This document shows positions 1 to 9,656 of a stretch of DNA of 64,000 nt, one piece after another. The stretch is taken from NCBI GenBank assembly GCA_963750435.1, contig CAVVQW010000008.1:20844-84843 (forward strand). Direction: 5' to 3'. Position numbers and translations under genes: made by a program. Within the stretch, counting starts at the first letter, position 1. Each line of letters starts with the position of its first letter. The notes below the pieces were generated by a model. That model was not told the DNA's origin. It worked only from the letters and a program-made list of their open reading frames with translations, and ran no database searches. This stretch comes from an uncultured Actinomycetota bacterium. Its GTDB lineage: Bacteria > Actinomycetota > Actinomycetes > Propionibacteriales > Nocardioidaceae.

Positions 1-23
1 AGGTGACTCCGAACCGCGGCACA
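1..23. repeat. Right half of a 43-bp palindromic element (full copies at 13753-13795 and 30344-30386)
   Basis: AGGTGACTCCGAACCGCGGCACA matches the right arm GGTGGCTCGGAACCGCGGCAC of the other two copies. Confidence 0.7.
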
Positions 24-29
24 GGCCGG

Positions 30-113
30 ACACACGCGCCGTCTCGGCGTACACACGCGCCGTCTCGCCGTGCACACGCGCCGTCTCGGCGTGCACACGC
101 GCCGTCTCGCCGG
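30..113. repeat. 21-bp tandem repeat x4
   Basis: (A/G)CACACGCGCCGTCTCG(G/C)CGT units start at 30, 51, 72 and 93. Confidence 0.9.
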
Positions 114-114
114 G

Positions 115-1392
115 CTAGGTGTGGGAGCGGCGCTGGGAGGCGCCGGCGAGGACGCCCATGACGGCGAAGGTGGCGGTGGTGCCGAGGACGATCAGGACCG
201 GGACGGTCCAGGCGTCGGTGAGGTCGTGGGCCAGGCCGAGGACGGCGGGGCCGGTGGCGGCGACGACGTACCCGACGCCCTGGACGAAGGCCGACAGCTG
301 GGCGCTCTCGCGGTCGGTGCGGGAGACCTGCACGACGATCGTGAAGATCGCGGCGAAGCCTCCGCCCTGGGCGACGCCGCCGAGGACGCTGCCGAGCACG
401 TAGAGGTCCGGGTCGAGCAGCAGCTGCAGCGGGAACGTCATCCACAGCGCGCCGACGACGGCGATGGTGGCCGAGGGCCGGAGCCGCAGCGCCAGGAGGG
501 GTACGCCGAACGCGCCGGCGATCGCGCTGACCTGGAAGATCGCGGACGCCGTGCCGGCCCCGTTGGCGCTCAACCCGATCTCGTCGGCGAGCAGGGTCGG
601 CAGCCAGGCGGTGAGGGCGTAGTACGAGCTGGCCTGCCCGGCGAAGGCCAGGCCGAGCAGCCAGGCGATCGGGGTGCGCCAGACGATGCGCTCGGGGGTC
701 TCGACGGGCTCGACCTGCGAAGAGGTCTCGACCGACGGGGCCGACCCCGACTCCGACTCCGAGGGCTCGACCGACGTGGACTCGGCCGACGGGCCCGTGG
801 ACCGGGACCGCCACCACTGCCAGACCCCGAGCCCGACCAGCGCCGGGACGGCCCAGACGACGAGCGCGACCCGCCAGCCGAAGGCCTCGGCGAGCGGGGC
901 GGTGGCCAGGGTGACCACCATCGAGCCGCCGTTCATGGCGGTGACGTAGACCCCGGTGACGACCCCGGCCCGGGCCAGCGGCGTCTCGCGCCGGATCACC
1001 ACCGGGACGACGACGTTGCCGACCGTGATGCCCATCCCGATCACCAGCGTGCCGAGCACGGCCAGGGGGTAGCCGCCCATGCTGCGCACCACCGAGCCGG
1101 CCACCACCAGCAGCAGGCAGAGCGAGACGGCCTGCTCGATGCCCGAGCGCCGGATCACCGCCAGGGCGAGCGGGGACAGCAGGCCGAAGCAGAGCACGGG
1201 CAGGCTGGTGAGGAGGCCGATCGCGGCCCCGCCGACCCCGAGGTCGCCGCGCAGCTCGGTGGTGATCGGCGCGACCGCCACGAACGGCGAGCGCAGGTTG
1301 ACCGAGACCACCACGAGCACCGCGACGAACAGCCACGGGAACGCGGTGCGGGCGACGGACCGAGTCCCGGAGACGGACGGGTCGGCGCTCAC
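115..1392 (-). CDS. MFS transporter, CynX/NimT-like
   Basis: N-terminal VSVNLRSPFVAVAP motif and about 12 hydrophobic segments; GTG start overlaps the ppc stop (GTGA). Confidence 0.85.
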   Translation of the reverse strand: MSADPSVSGTRSVARTAFPWLFVAVLVVVSVNLRSPFVAVAPITTELRGDLGVGGAAIGLLTSLPVLCFGLLSPLALAVIRRSGIEQAVSLCLLLVVAGSVVRSMGGYPLAVLGTLVIGMGITVGNVVVPVVIRRETPLARAGVVTGVYVTAMNGGSMVVTLATAPLAEAFGWRVALVVWAVPALVGLGVWQWWRSRSTGPSAESTSVEPSESESGSAPSVETSSQVEPVETPERIVWRTPIAWLLGLAFAGQASSYYALTAWLPTLLADEIGLSANGAGTASAIFQVSAIAGAFGVPLLALRLRPSATIAVVGALWMTFPLQLLLDPDLYVLGSVLGGVAQGGGFAAIFTIVVQVSRTDRESAQLSAFVQGVGYVVAATGPAVLGLAHDLTDAWTVPVLIVLGTTATFAVMGVLAGASQRRSHT

Positions 1393-4076
1393 CCGGTGTT
1401 GCGCATCCCGGCCGCGATGCCGTTGATCGTCAGCAGCAGCGCCCGCTCGAGGTCGGGGTCCTCCTCGCCGTTGCGCAGCCGCGTGAGCAGCTGCACCTGC
1501 AGCAGGTGGAGCGGCTCGAGGTAGTTCTCGCGCACCTCCAGGGTCTGCCGCAGCACCGGCTCGCGGTCCAGCAGCCGCTCGTCGCCGGTGACGGCGAGCA
1601 CCTGCCGCACGGTGAGCTCGAACTCCTTCTTCACCAGCGACAGGACGCCGTGCGTGTGCGGGGGCGCGAGCGCCATCACGTAGCGCTCGGCGATCTCGAG
1701 GTCGGCCTTGACCAGCGTCATCGCGACGTTGTCGAGGAAGGTGCGGAAGAACGGCCACTGGGCGTACATCTCGCGCAGGTCGCCGCCGTGCTCGGCCACG
1801 GCCTGCAGCCCGGTGCCGACGCCGAACCAGCCCGGCGCGATCTGGCGCGACTGGGTCCAGCCGAAGACCCACGGGATCGCGCGCAGGCTCTCCAGCCCGC
1901 CGTCCTGGGCCGGTCGCTTGGACGGCCGTGAGCCGATGTGCAGCGAGCCGAGCAGGTCGACGGGCGTGCAGGACAAGAAGTACTCCGGCAGCTCGGGCTT
2001 CTCCACGAGCTCGGTGTAGCGCCGGTGGGCCTCCTGGGAGACCTGGTCCATCAGGCCGTCCCAGCGCTCCGCCTGCTCCGGCGTACGCCGGTCGGTGCGG
2101 TGCAGCAGCGACGCCTCCAGCGTGGCGGCGACGAGCAGCTCGAGGTTCTCGCGGGCCAGCACGGGCAGGGCGTACTTGTCGCTGATCACCTCGCCCTGCT
2201 CGGTCAGCTTGACCTCGCCGTCGACGGTGCCGAACGGCAGCGCCATGATCGCGTCGTACGTCGGGCCGCCGCCGCGGCCGACCGAGCCGCCGCGGCCGTG
2301 GAAGAACCGCAGGCGCACGCCGTGCCGCCGGGCGACGTCGCGCGCGACCCGCTGGGCCCGCTGGATCTGCCACTGCGAGGTCGCGATGCCGCCGGACTTG
2401 TTGGAGTCGGAGTAGCCGAGCATGACCTCCTGCACGTCGCCGCGCGCGGTCAGCAGCGAGCGGTACGACGGGTCGCCGAAGAGGCCCTCGAGGATCGGCT
2501 CGGCCCGCTCGAGCTCCTCGACGGTCTCCAGCAGGGGCACGAAGCCGATGCGCGCGACGCCGGCGGCGAGGTCGACCAGGCCGGCCTCGCGGGCCAGCAG
2601 CACGGCGGCCAGCACGTCGTCGGCGTCGCGGGTCATCGAGATGATGTAGCTCTCGATCGCACGCGAGCCCAGGGAGTCCAGCGCCTCGCGGATCACGCCG
2701 AACACCTCGGTGGTGACCAGGCCCTCCTCGTCGAGCGGCGGCGGCTGCTGCGAGAGCGGGCGGTGCACGCCGAGCTCGCTGCTGAGCACCTTCATCCGGC
2801 CCGCCTGGTCGAGGTCGGCGTACGGGCCGTCGAGCATGCCGAGCCGGTCGACCAGCTGGCCGACGGCGTGGTGGTGCTTCTCGGCGTGCTCGCGCACGTC
2901 GAGCGTGGCCAGCGTCAGCCCCGAGGCGGCGACGGTGCGGACCAGCCGCTCGAGGTCGCCGCCGGCGATCAGCTCGCCCTGGTGCTCGCGCACCGAGGCG
3001 TGCAGCAGGAGCAGGTCGTCCATCAGCTCGGCGTCGTCGCGGTAGTCGCGCAGCGGGCGGTGCGCGGCCCCGGACCCCACCCGGGCCGCGGTCATCTGCA
3101 GCCGGATGTCGAGGCAGGTCAGGAACAGCCGGTAGGGCTCCTCGACGTTCAGGCGGCGGTAGCGCGGCTCGACCTCGGGCAGCTCGGCCAGCATCTCCTC
3201 GGTGCGCTCGCGCAGCGCGGGCGAGATCTCGGAGAGCCGCTCGCTGACCGAGAGCGTGCGGCGCAGCGCGTTCACCTTGCTGCGGATCACCGAGATGCCG
3301 TGCTCGGCCTGCAGGGCCAGGACCTCGCGGGTCACCGCGGGCGTCACGTTGGGGTTGCCGTCGCGGTCACCACCCATCCAGGTGCCGAAGCGCAGCGGCG
3401 TGGCCCCGATCGGCAGCTCGACGCCCCACGGCTCGAGCTGCTCCTCGAGCTCCTCCAGCACGTCGACGACGGCGGCCGAGGCCAGCCCCTCGAGGTAGTA
3501 GATGCCGTTGCGGGCCTCGTCGACGACCTCCGGCCGCTCCACCCGCAGCTCGTCGGTGGACCACAGCAGCTCGACGGCCGCCTCCAGGCGCTTCTGCCGG
3601 CGCGGGGAGTCCGGCTGCTCCAGCAGGGCGGCGACCGAGCGCAGCTTGTCCAGCGTCGTACGTCGTGCGACCTCGGTGGGGTGCGCGGTGAAGACCGTGC
3701 GCACGGCCACCGACGCCACCGCCTCGGCGACGTCGGCCGCCTCGGTGCCGGCGTCGCGCACCCGGGTCAGCGCGCCGCACAGCGGGCCGCCGGAGGCCTC
3801 GCGGGCCTCGGCCAGCGCGCGACCGCGGTGCTCCTGCTCGGTGACGTTCGCGAGGTGGAAGTACGCCGTGAACGCGCGGGCCAGCGTCGAGGCCGTGGCC
3901 AGGTCGAGCTCCGGCAGGGTCAGGCTGTCGTCCTTGGCCGCCTTGCGGACGCTCTCCACCAGGTCGAGCAGGTCCTGCCCGTGGGTGCGGGTCAGCGTCT
4001 CGCCCAGCATCGAGGTGACGAGACGGATGTCGCGGCGCAGCGGCGCCTCGGCGGAGTGGGGCAGGTGCTCGGACAT
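1389..4076 (-). CDS. ppc: Phosphoenolpyruvate carboxylase
   Basis: VFTAHPTE, WMGGDRDGNP, QEVMLGYSDSNK, FHGRGGSVGRGG, LRAIPWVFGWTQ and C-terminal GMRNTG motifs; ATG at 4076. Confidence 0.97.
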   Translation of the reverse strand: MSEHLPHSAEAPLRRDIRLVTSMLGETLTRTHGQDLLDLVESVRKAAKDDSLTLPELDLATASTLARAFTAYFHLANVTEQEHRGRALAEAREASGGPLCGALTRVRDAGTEAADVAEAVASVAVRTVFTAHPTEVARRTTLDKLRSVAALLEQPDSPRRQKRLEAAVELLWSTDELRVERPEVVDEARNGIYYLEGLASAAVVDVLEELEEQLEPWGVELPIGATPLRFGTWMGGDRDGNPNVTPAVTREVLALQAEHGISVIRSKVNALRRTLSVSERLSEISPALRERTEEMLAELPEVEPRYRRLNVEEPYRLFLTCLDIRLQMTAARVGSGAAHRPLRDYRDDAELMDDLLLLHASVREHQGELIAGGDLERLVRTVAASGLTLATLDVREHAEKHHHAVGQLVDRLGMLDGPYADLDQAGRMKVLSSELGVHRPLSQQPPPLDEEGLVTTEVFGVIREALDSLGSRAIESYIISMTRDADDVLAAVLLAREAGLVDLAAGVARIGFVPLLETVEELERAEPILEGLFGDPSYRSLLTARGDVQEVMLGYSDSNKSGGIATSQWQIQRAQRVARDVARRHGVRLRFFHGRGGSVGRGGGPTYDAIMALPFGTVDGEVKLTEQGEVISDKYALPVLARENLELLVAATLEASLLHRTDRRTPEQAERWDGLMDQVSQEAHRRYTELVEKPELPEYFLSCTPVDLLGSLHIGSRPSKRPAQDGGLESLRAIPWVFGWTQSRQIAPGWFGVGTGLQAVAEHGGDLREMYAQWPFFRTFLDNVAMTLVKADLEIAERYVMALAPPHTHGVLSLVKKEFELTVRQVLAVTGDERLLDREPVLRQTLEVRENYLEPLHLLQVQLLTRLRNGEEDPDLERALLLTINGIAAGMRNTG

Positions 4077-4226
4077 GGTGGTCCTCACTAGGTCGTCTGG
4101 CGCCCGCGGGTCGTCTCCCACGGGCCTCGTGACCTGGGCGACGCCGTCGGCACCCCGTCGCGGACAGGCTAGTGAGCGACCGGCCGGTAGGCGAACCGTG
4201 TCCGTCGCGGACCCCTCGGGCCGGGT

Positions 4227-4251
4227 GCTTGCTCCGGGCGGGGACGGGGTA
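4227..4251 (+). promoter_or_regulatory. Possible SigF/SigB-type stress promoter for the glycosyltransferase pair
   Basis: GCTT-N16-GGGTA resembles the actinobacterial GTTT-N15/17-GGGTA consensus. Confidence 0.3.
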
Positions 4252-4329
4252 CGCAGAGACCTGGGCGTCATCCGCCCCACCCACCGCCGACCCGACCTGC
4301 CCCCTACCCGACCTGCGAGGTGCCCCGTC

Positions 4330-5418
4330 GTGACGACCACCGCCCCGAACGGACCGACCGTGCTCACCGGACCGGACGCCGCGCCGGTGCACGTCGTACC
4401 CGGACCGGAGGGGCACGGCGTCGACCTGTGCGCCCGGCAGCTGGCCGCCGCCGTCGGGGCGACCGTCGTGCCCGCGAGCACCGACTCCGACCGGCGGCCG
4501 GCGCACCTGCACGTGACCGACCGGGTGTGGGGCGACTCCCCCGAGCAGGCGGCCCGCCGGGTGGTCGCGACCTGTCGCCAGCGCCCGACCACGCTCACGC
4601 TGCACGACCTGCCCCAGCCGCACGACGGGCCGGTGTTCACCCGCCGCTCGAGGGCGTACGCCGAGATGGTGCGGGCCGCGGCCGGGGTGGTGGTGTCCTC
4701 GGATCACGAGCGCGGCCTGCTCGCGCGCGTCCTGGCCGGCGAGCCGCGGTCGGCGCTGCCGGTGGTCCAGGTGGTGCCGCTGCCGCTGGTGCCGGGCGTG
4801 GCCGGCCCCCCGGCGCGTCCGCCGCGGCCGAGCGGCACGGGTGACCACACCGGTGTCTCCACGCTGGGCATCGCCGGCTGGTTCTACCCCGGCAAGGGTC
4901 ACCTGCCCGCGCTCGGGGCGGCGCTGGCGCAGCGTCGCCGCGGCCGGCCGCTCGACGTCCTCGTGCTGGGCGCGCCGTCCCCGGGTCACGCCGACGACGC
5001 GGCCGACCTCACCCGCCGCGCCGCGCGGCTCGGCGTACGACTCGAGGTGACGGGGTGGCTGACCGACGACGAGCTGGCCACCGCGATGCGCACCGTCGAC
5101 GTGCCGTTCGTCGGGCACCGCAACGTCTCGGCGTCGGGGTCGCTGAACTCCTGGCTGGTCGCGGGGCGGCGGCCGCTGGTGCGGCGCAGCCCCTACTTCG
5201 AGGAGATGGCGCGGCTGCGGCCCGGCACCCTGCGGCTGGTGCGCACCGGCGACCTGGCCGCCGCGGTCGGCGACGCGCTGGACGACCCGGCGGGCACCTG
5301 GCTGGGCCCTGACGCGGAGCTCGGCCACGACCTGGACGACGCGGCGCGGGCCTACCGGCGCTTCTGGGCCCGGGCCTTCGCCGAGCCGCGCGGGGAGCGC
5401 TCGGGCCGGGTCGCGTGA
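4330..5418 (+). CDS. Glycosyltransferase, GT-B/GT4-like
   Basis: TLHDLP, GWFYPGKGH and HRNVSASGSL segments typical of actinobacterial GT-B proteins; stop overlaps the next start. Confidence 0.7.
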   Translation: MTTTAPNGPTVLTGPDAAPVHVVPGPEGHGVDLCARQLAAAVGATVVPASTDSDRRPAHLHVTDRVWGDSPEQAARRVVATCRQRPTTLTLHDLPQPHDGPVFTRRSRAYAEMVRAAAGVVVSSDHERGLLARVLAGEPRSALPVVQVVPLPLVPGVAGPPARPPRPSGTGDHTGVSTLGIAGWFYPGKGHLPALGAALAQRRRGRPLDVLVLGAPSPGHADDAADLTRRAARLGVRLEVTGWLTDDELATAMRTVDVPFVGHRNVSASGSLNSWLVAGRRPLVRRSPYFEEMARLRPGTLRLVRTGDLAAAVGDALDDPAGTWLGPDAELGHDLDDAARAYRRFWARAFAEPRGERSGRVA

Positions 5419-6704
5419 CGGCGCCGCCCTGGGGGCGGGCGCTGCCCGGCAACGGCTGGGACGCCCTGGCGGACCAGGAGCCTCAGCGGCGCACGGTCAG
5501 CGTCGTGGTCACCCACTTCGAGCAGCCCGAGCAGCTCGCCCGCACCCTGACCGCGCTCGGCCGGCAGACCCTGACCCCGCACGAGGTCGTGGTGGCCGAC
5601 GACGGCTCCCGCGAGGCGCCGCGCGTCCCGCCCGGCGTACGCCTCGTGCGGCAGGAGGACCACGGCTTCCGCGCCGCCGCCGCGCGCCACCTGGGGGCCG
5701 CGCACTCCACCGGTGAGGTGCTGGTCTTCCTCGACGCCGACACCACGCCCGAGCCCGGCCTGCTCGAGGAGCTCACGCGGCTGCCCCGCCTGCAGCCCGA
5801 CCTGCTGGCCGTCGGCCGCCGACGGCACGCGGCGCTGGCCGGCACCCCGGCCGAGGCACGCGTCGAGGAGACCGGCCCCGCGCACGAGCTGCCCGAGCCC
5901 GCGTGGCTGAGGACGGCGTACGCCGACAGCCGCGACCTGCTCGACGCCGACGACCTCTCCTGCCGGTTCGTGATCAGCGCGGTGCTGGCCTGCACGCGGT
6001 GGTGGTACGACGAGGTCGGCGGCTTCGACCCCAGCTTCACGGCGTACGGCGGGGAGGACTGGGAGCTGGCCCACCGCAGCTGGCTGGCCGGCGGGCTGGT
6101 CGCCCATGTGCCCGCCGCCGTGGCCTGGCACGACGGCCCCGACGCCGGCGCCGCGCCGCGCGGGGTCGCGACGGTGGAGACGGCGGCGATCGCCGGACGG
6201 ATCGGCGCGCCCGGGCTGGCGCCGCACGGCCTGCTGGCGATCGGCGGCCGGACGGTCCCGGTCGACCGGGTGCTGGCGCCGGCGGCCTCGCTCGAGGACC
6301 GCGCGCTGCTGCTCGTCGTCGACGCCGCGCTGCGGGCCGACCCCGGGGCCCGGCTCAGCCTCGACGAGCGCCAAGCCGCCGTGGTCGGTCCCGACCCGCG
6401 GGTGCTCGTGCGCACCGGCCCGCCGCTCGAGGCCGTGCTGCCGACCGGCGCCCGCGTGCTGGTCGAGCTGCACCGCGGGTGGCAGCTGGACGACGAGGGC
6501 TGGCAGGCGCTGCTGCGGGGCGGTGTGTCGCTCGACCACACGACAGGCAGCCAACCGGTCGCGACCACCACGGCGCTCCGGCTCGTGCGCCGGGCCCGGC
6601 GGTGGGGCGAGCCTCCCGGGCCGCGGCCGTCGGTGCCCGCGGCGGGCCGCCAGCTGCCCGACGACCTGACGCTGGAGGCGTGGTTCGGGGGCTGGTCCGA
6701 CTGA
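5415..6704 (+). CDS. Glycosyltransferase family 2
   Basis: VVVADDGS, LVFLDAD (DxD) and GGFDPSFTAYGGEDWEL motifs. Confidence 0.9.
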   Translation: MTAPPWGRALPGNGWDALADQEPQRRTVSVVVTHFEQPEQLARTLTALGRQTLTPHEVVVADDGSREAPRVPPGVRLVRQEDHGFRAAAARHLGAAHSTGEVLVFLDADTTPEPGLLEELTRLPRLQPDLLAVGRRRHAALAGTPAEARVEETGPAHELPEPAWLRTAYADSRDLLDADDLSCRFVISAVLACTRWWYDEVGGFDPSFTAYGGEDWELAHRSWLAGGLVAHVPAAVAWHDGPDAGAAPRGVATVETAAIAGRIGAPGLAPHGLLAIGGRTVPVDRVLAPAASLEDRALLLVVDAALRADPGARLSLDERQAAVVGPDPRVLVRTGPPLEAVLPTGARVLVELHRGWQLDDEGWQALLRGGVSLDHTTGSQPVATTTALRLVRRARRWGEPPGPRPSVPAAGRQLPDDLTLEAWFGGWSD

Positions 6705-6710
6705 GTGGAG

Positions 6711-7424
6711 CTAGCGGTCAGCCGGGCCCGGCGGCTGCAGCCCCAGGCCGTTGACCCAGAGCCGGTTCACGGTCTCCAGCACCTGCTCGAGGTCGACCCC
6801 CTGCCGTGACAGGCAGTCCTGCGCCATCCGGCTGGTCATCCCCGACAGCGCGGTCGAGGTCAGCAGCGGGTCCAGCGACGGGTCGGCCAGCCCCCGCTCC
6901 TGCAGCGCCGCGATGCCGCGGGCGTTGCGCTCGGCGAACAGCGCGCCGCGACGCTGCCGCAGCTCCATGAACGCCGGGTCGATCCAGGCGACCTGGTTCA
7001 TCAGCTCCATCAGCCGGCCGTTGCGCCGGTAGGCCAGCAGGTAGGCGCGGTTGCTCGCCTCGATCACCGCGACCGGGTCGTCGTCGTCGGCGACGTGCGG
7101 CATGCCCGGGTGGAGCATGTCGTGCTGGGCCTCCTCCAGCACCGCGGTGAACACCTCCTCCTTGCCCTGGAAGTAGGTGTAGAACGTGCCGGTCGACAGC
7201 CCGGCCTCGCGGGGGATGTCGGTGAGCCGCGAACCGAGGAAGCCGTCCCGCTCGAAGACCGTGCGCGCCGCGGCGACCAGCGCCGCCCGGGTGCGCACGC
7301 CCCGGGCGGTCGTCGGCCGTTGCTTCATCCCGGCGGTGTCGGCCAGCGCCGGCACGTCGTACGCCGGGCCGGTCGCCTGGTCGGTGGCCGGGTCGTACGA
7401 CGGGTCGGGGGCCGGGCGGGTCAC
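6711..7424 (-). CDS. TetR/AcrR family regulator
   Basis: HTH AARTVFERDGF...GLSTGTFYTYFQGKEE; start codon uncertain. Confidence 0.88.
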   Translation of the reverse strand: MTRPAPDPSYDPATDQATGPAYDVPALADTAGMKQRPTTARGVRTRAALVAAARTVFERDGFLGSRLTDIPREAGLSTGTFYTYFQGKEEVFTAVLEEAQHDMLHPGMPHVADDDDPVAVIEASNRAYLLAYRRNGRLMELMNQVAWIDPAFMELRQRRGALFAERNARGIAALQERGLADPSLDPLLTSTALSGMTSRMAQDCLSRQGVDLEQVLETVNRLWVNGLGLQPPGPADR

Positions 7425-7437
7425 CGGTGCCCCGGGG

Positions 7438-8676
7438 TCACTTCTTGCGCTTCTTCCACTCGGGGTCGATCCGGCGCAGCTCGACCTGGGCGATGGTGCG
7501 CTTGTGCACCTCGTCGGGGCCGTCGGCGAGGCGCAGCGTGCGCTGGTGGGCCCAGAAGCTGGCCAGCGGGAAGTCGTCGGTGACCCCGCCGCCGCCGTGC
7601 ACCTGGATGGCGCGGTCGATGATCTTCAGCGCCACCTGGGGGCCGGCGACCTTGATGGCCGCGATCTCGGTGCGGGCCTTCTGGTTGCCGACCGTGTCCA
7701 TCAACCAGGCGGTCTTCAGCGTCAGCAGCCGGATCATCTCGATCTCGATGCGGGCCTCGGCGATCCAGTCCTGGATGTTCGACCGCTCGGCGATCGGCTG
7801 CCCGAACGTGACCCGCTGCTGGGCGCGGCCGATCATCAGGTCGAGCGAGCGCTCGGCCATGCCGATCGAGCGCATGCAGTGGTGGATCCGCCCGGGGCCG
7901 AGCCGCGCCTGGCTGATCATGAAGCCGTCGCCCTCACCGGCCAGCAGCGCGCTGCGCGGCACCCGCACGTCCTCGAACAGGATCTCGGCGTGGCCCTCGC
8001 GGTCCATGTAGCCGAACACCGGCAGCCCGCGCACCACGGTGACGCCCGGGGCGTCGATCGGCACGACCATCATCGACTGCTGGCGGTGCGGAGCGGCCTC
8101 GGGATCGGTCTTGCCCATCACGATCAGCACGCGGCAGTTGGCGTGCAGGGCGTTGGAGGCGAACCACTTGCGACCGTTCAGGACGTACTCGTCGCCGTCG
8201 GCGGTCATCGACATCTCGACGTTGGTGGCGTCGGAGCTGGCGACGTCGGGCTCGGTCATCGCGAAGGCCGAGGCGATCTCGCCGGCGAGCAGCGGCTTGA
8301 GCCACTGCTCCTTGTGCTCGTCGGTGCCGAAGAGCTGGAGCACCTCCATGTTGCCGGTGTCGGGGGCGTTGCAGTTGGTGGCCTCGGGGGCGAGGTGGGG
8401 GCTGCGGCCCATGATCTCAGCGAGCGGGGCGTAGTCGAGGTTGCTCAGACCGGGGGAGCCCCACTCCTCGCTGCGGTGCGGGTGGAACAGGTTCCACAGC
8501 CCGCGCCGGCGGGCCTCGGCCTTGAGCTCCTCGAGCACCGGCGGGTGGAAGTTGGCGTCGCCGGACTCCACCATCTGCTGGTGGTAGACGGCCTCGGCCG
8601 GGTAGACGTGCTCGTCCATGAAGGCGAGCAGGCGGTCCTGGTACTCCTGCGCGCGCTCGGAGGTCTGGAAGTCCAT
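7438..8676 (-). CDS. Acyl-CoA dehydrogenase (FadE2-like)
   Basis: [37 protein letters not shown] and [10 protein letters not shown] motifs. Confidence 0.95.
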   Translation of the reverse strand: MDFQTSERAQEYQDRLLAFMDEHVYPAEAVYHQQMVESGDANFHPPVLEELKAEARRRGLWNLFHPHRSEEWGSPGLSNLDYAPLAEIMGRSPHLAPEATNCNAPDTGNMEVLQLFGTDEHKEQWLKPLLAGEIASAFAMTEPDVASSDATNVEMSMTADGDEYVLNGRKWFASNALHANCRVLIVMGKTDPEAAPHRQQSMMVVPIDAPGVTVVRGLPVFGYMDREGHAEILFEDVRVPRSALLAGEGDGFMISQARLGPGRIHHCMRSIGMAERSLDLMIGRAQQRVTFGQPIAERSNIQDWIAEARIEIEMIRLLTLKTAWLMDTVGNQKARTEIAAIKVAGPQVALKIIDRAIQVHGGGGVTDDFPLASFWAHQRTLRLADGPDEVHKRTIAQVELRRIDPEWKKRKK

Positions 8677-8728
8677 CGTGGCTCCTGGGGGTCGGGGTTC
8701 GTGGGCAGGTCGTGGGTCGTGCGTTCGT

Positions 8729-9529
8729 TCAGGTCAAGGAGGCCTGGTAGCGCTGCATGCCGGAGATCCAGCGGTCGTAGTCCGAACCCTTGCGGCGGAA
8801 GAACTCCAGGACCTCGGGGTGCGGCAGGATCAGGAAGGGCTCCTCGGCCAGGCCGGCGAGGACGACGTCGGCCACGTCGAGCGGCTCGAGGACGACCCCC
8901 GCGCCAGTGACCGCGCGGGCGCCCGTCCCGCCGGACTCGGCGTCGCCGGTCAGCATCGCGGTGTTCACGCCCATCGGGCACAGGCAGCTCACGGCCACCC
9001 CCTGCGCGCCGTACGTCACCGAGAGCCACTCGGAGAACGCGACGGCGGCGTGCTTGGTGACGGAGTACGTCGCGGAGCCGATCTGGGTGACCAGGCCGGC
9101 GGCGGAGGCGGTGCTGAGGAAGTAGCCGTGGCCGCGCTCGACCCAGCCCGGCACGAGCACGCGGGCGGCGCGCACGTGGGCGAGGACGTTGACCTCGAGC
9201 GAGGCGGTCCACTGCTCGTCGGGGGCGTCGAGGCCGGCCCCGCCCAGGCCGAGGCCGGCGTTCGCGGCGTACAGGTCGACCGGGCCGAAGCGCTCCTCCG
9301 CCAGCGCGACCAGCGCGCGGATGGTGGCCTCGCTGCTGCAGTCGCCGGCGAGGTGGGCCACGCGACCGGGGTGCGCCGCCTCCAGCCGCTCGGCCACGGC
9401 GGCCGTGCGGGCCTCGTCGAGGTCGGTGACCACGACGCGTGCGCCGGCCTCGAGCAGCCGCTGCGCCAGGGCGGCGCCGATGCCGCCCGCCGCGCCGGTC
9501 ACGATGGCGACCTTGCCGTCGACGTCCAC
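8729..9529 (-). CDS. Short-chain dehydrogenase/reductase
   Basis: [12 protein letters not shown] and YSVTK motifs. Confidence 0.93.
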   Translation of the reverse strand: MDVDGKVAIVTGAAGGIGAALAQRLLEAGARVVVTDLDEARTAAVAERLEAAHPGRVAHLAGDCSSEATIRALVALAEERFGPVDLYAANAGLGLGGAGLDAPDEQWTASLEVNVLAHVRAARVLVPGWVERGHGYFLSTASAAGLVTQIGSATYSVTKHAAVAFSEWLSVTYGAQGVAVSCLCPMGVNTAMLTGDAESGGTGARAVTGAGVVLEPLDVADVVLAGLAEEPFLILPHPEVLEFFRRKGSDYDRWISGMQRYQASLT

Positions 9530-9571
9530 GTCTGCTCCTGATCCTCGGGTGCGAGTGCCCTGCGAACGTAG

Positions 9572-9593
9572 TTGAACCTGGGTTCAGGTTCAA
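9572..9593. promoter_or_regulatory. Perfect inverted repeat, probable TetR operator for the SDR-ACAD-TetR unit
   Basis: TTGAACCTG-GGTT-CAGGTTCAA in the divergent intergenic region. Confidence 0.65.
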
Positions 9594-9656
9594 GTCCCTC
9601 GCGGGCTGGTTCGTCGGGCCCGATCGTCGGCCCGGACCGTCGACCCGGGTGCGAGC

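Noticed and set aside
70-1524. Long antisense or alternate-frame ORFs (e.g. 70-1524, 1938-4091, 23761-27588, 30341-32950, 61125-63413)
   Set aside because: These are shadow ORFs of high-GC genes: Arg/Gly/Pro-rich, lacking motifs and overlapping well-supported genes.
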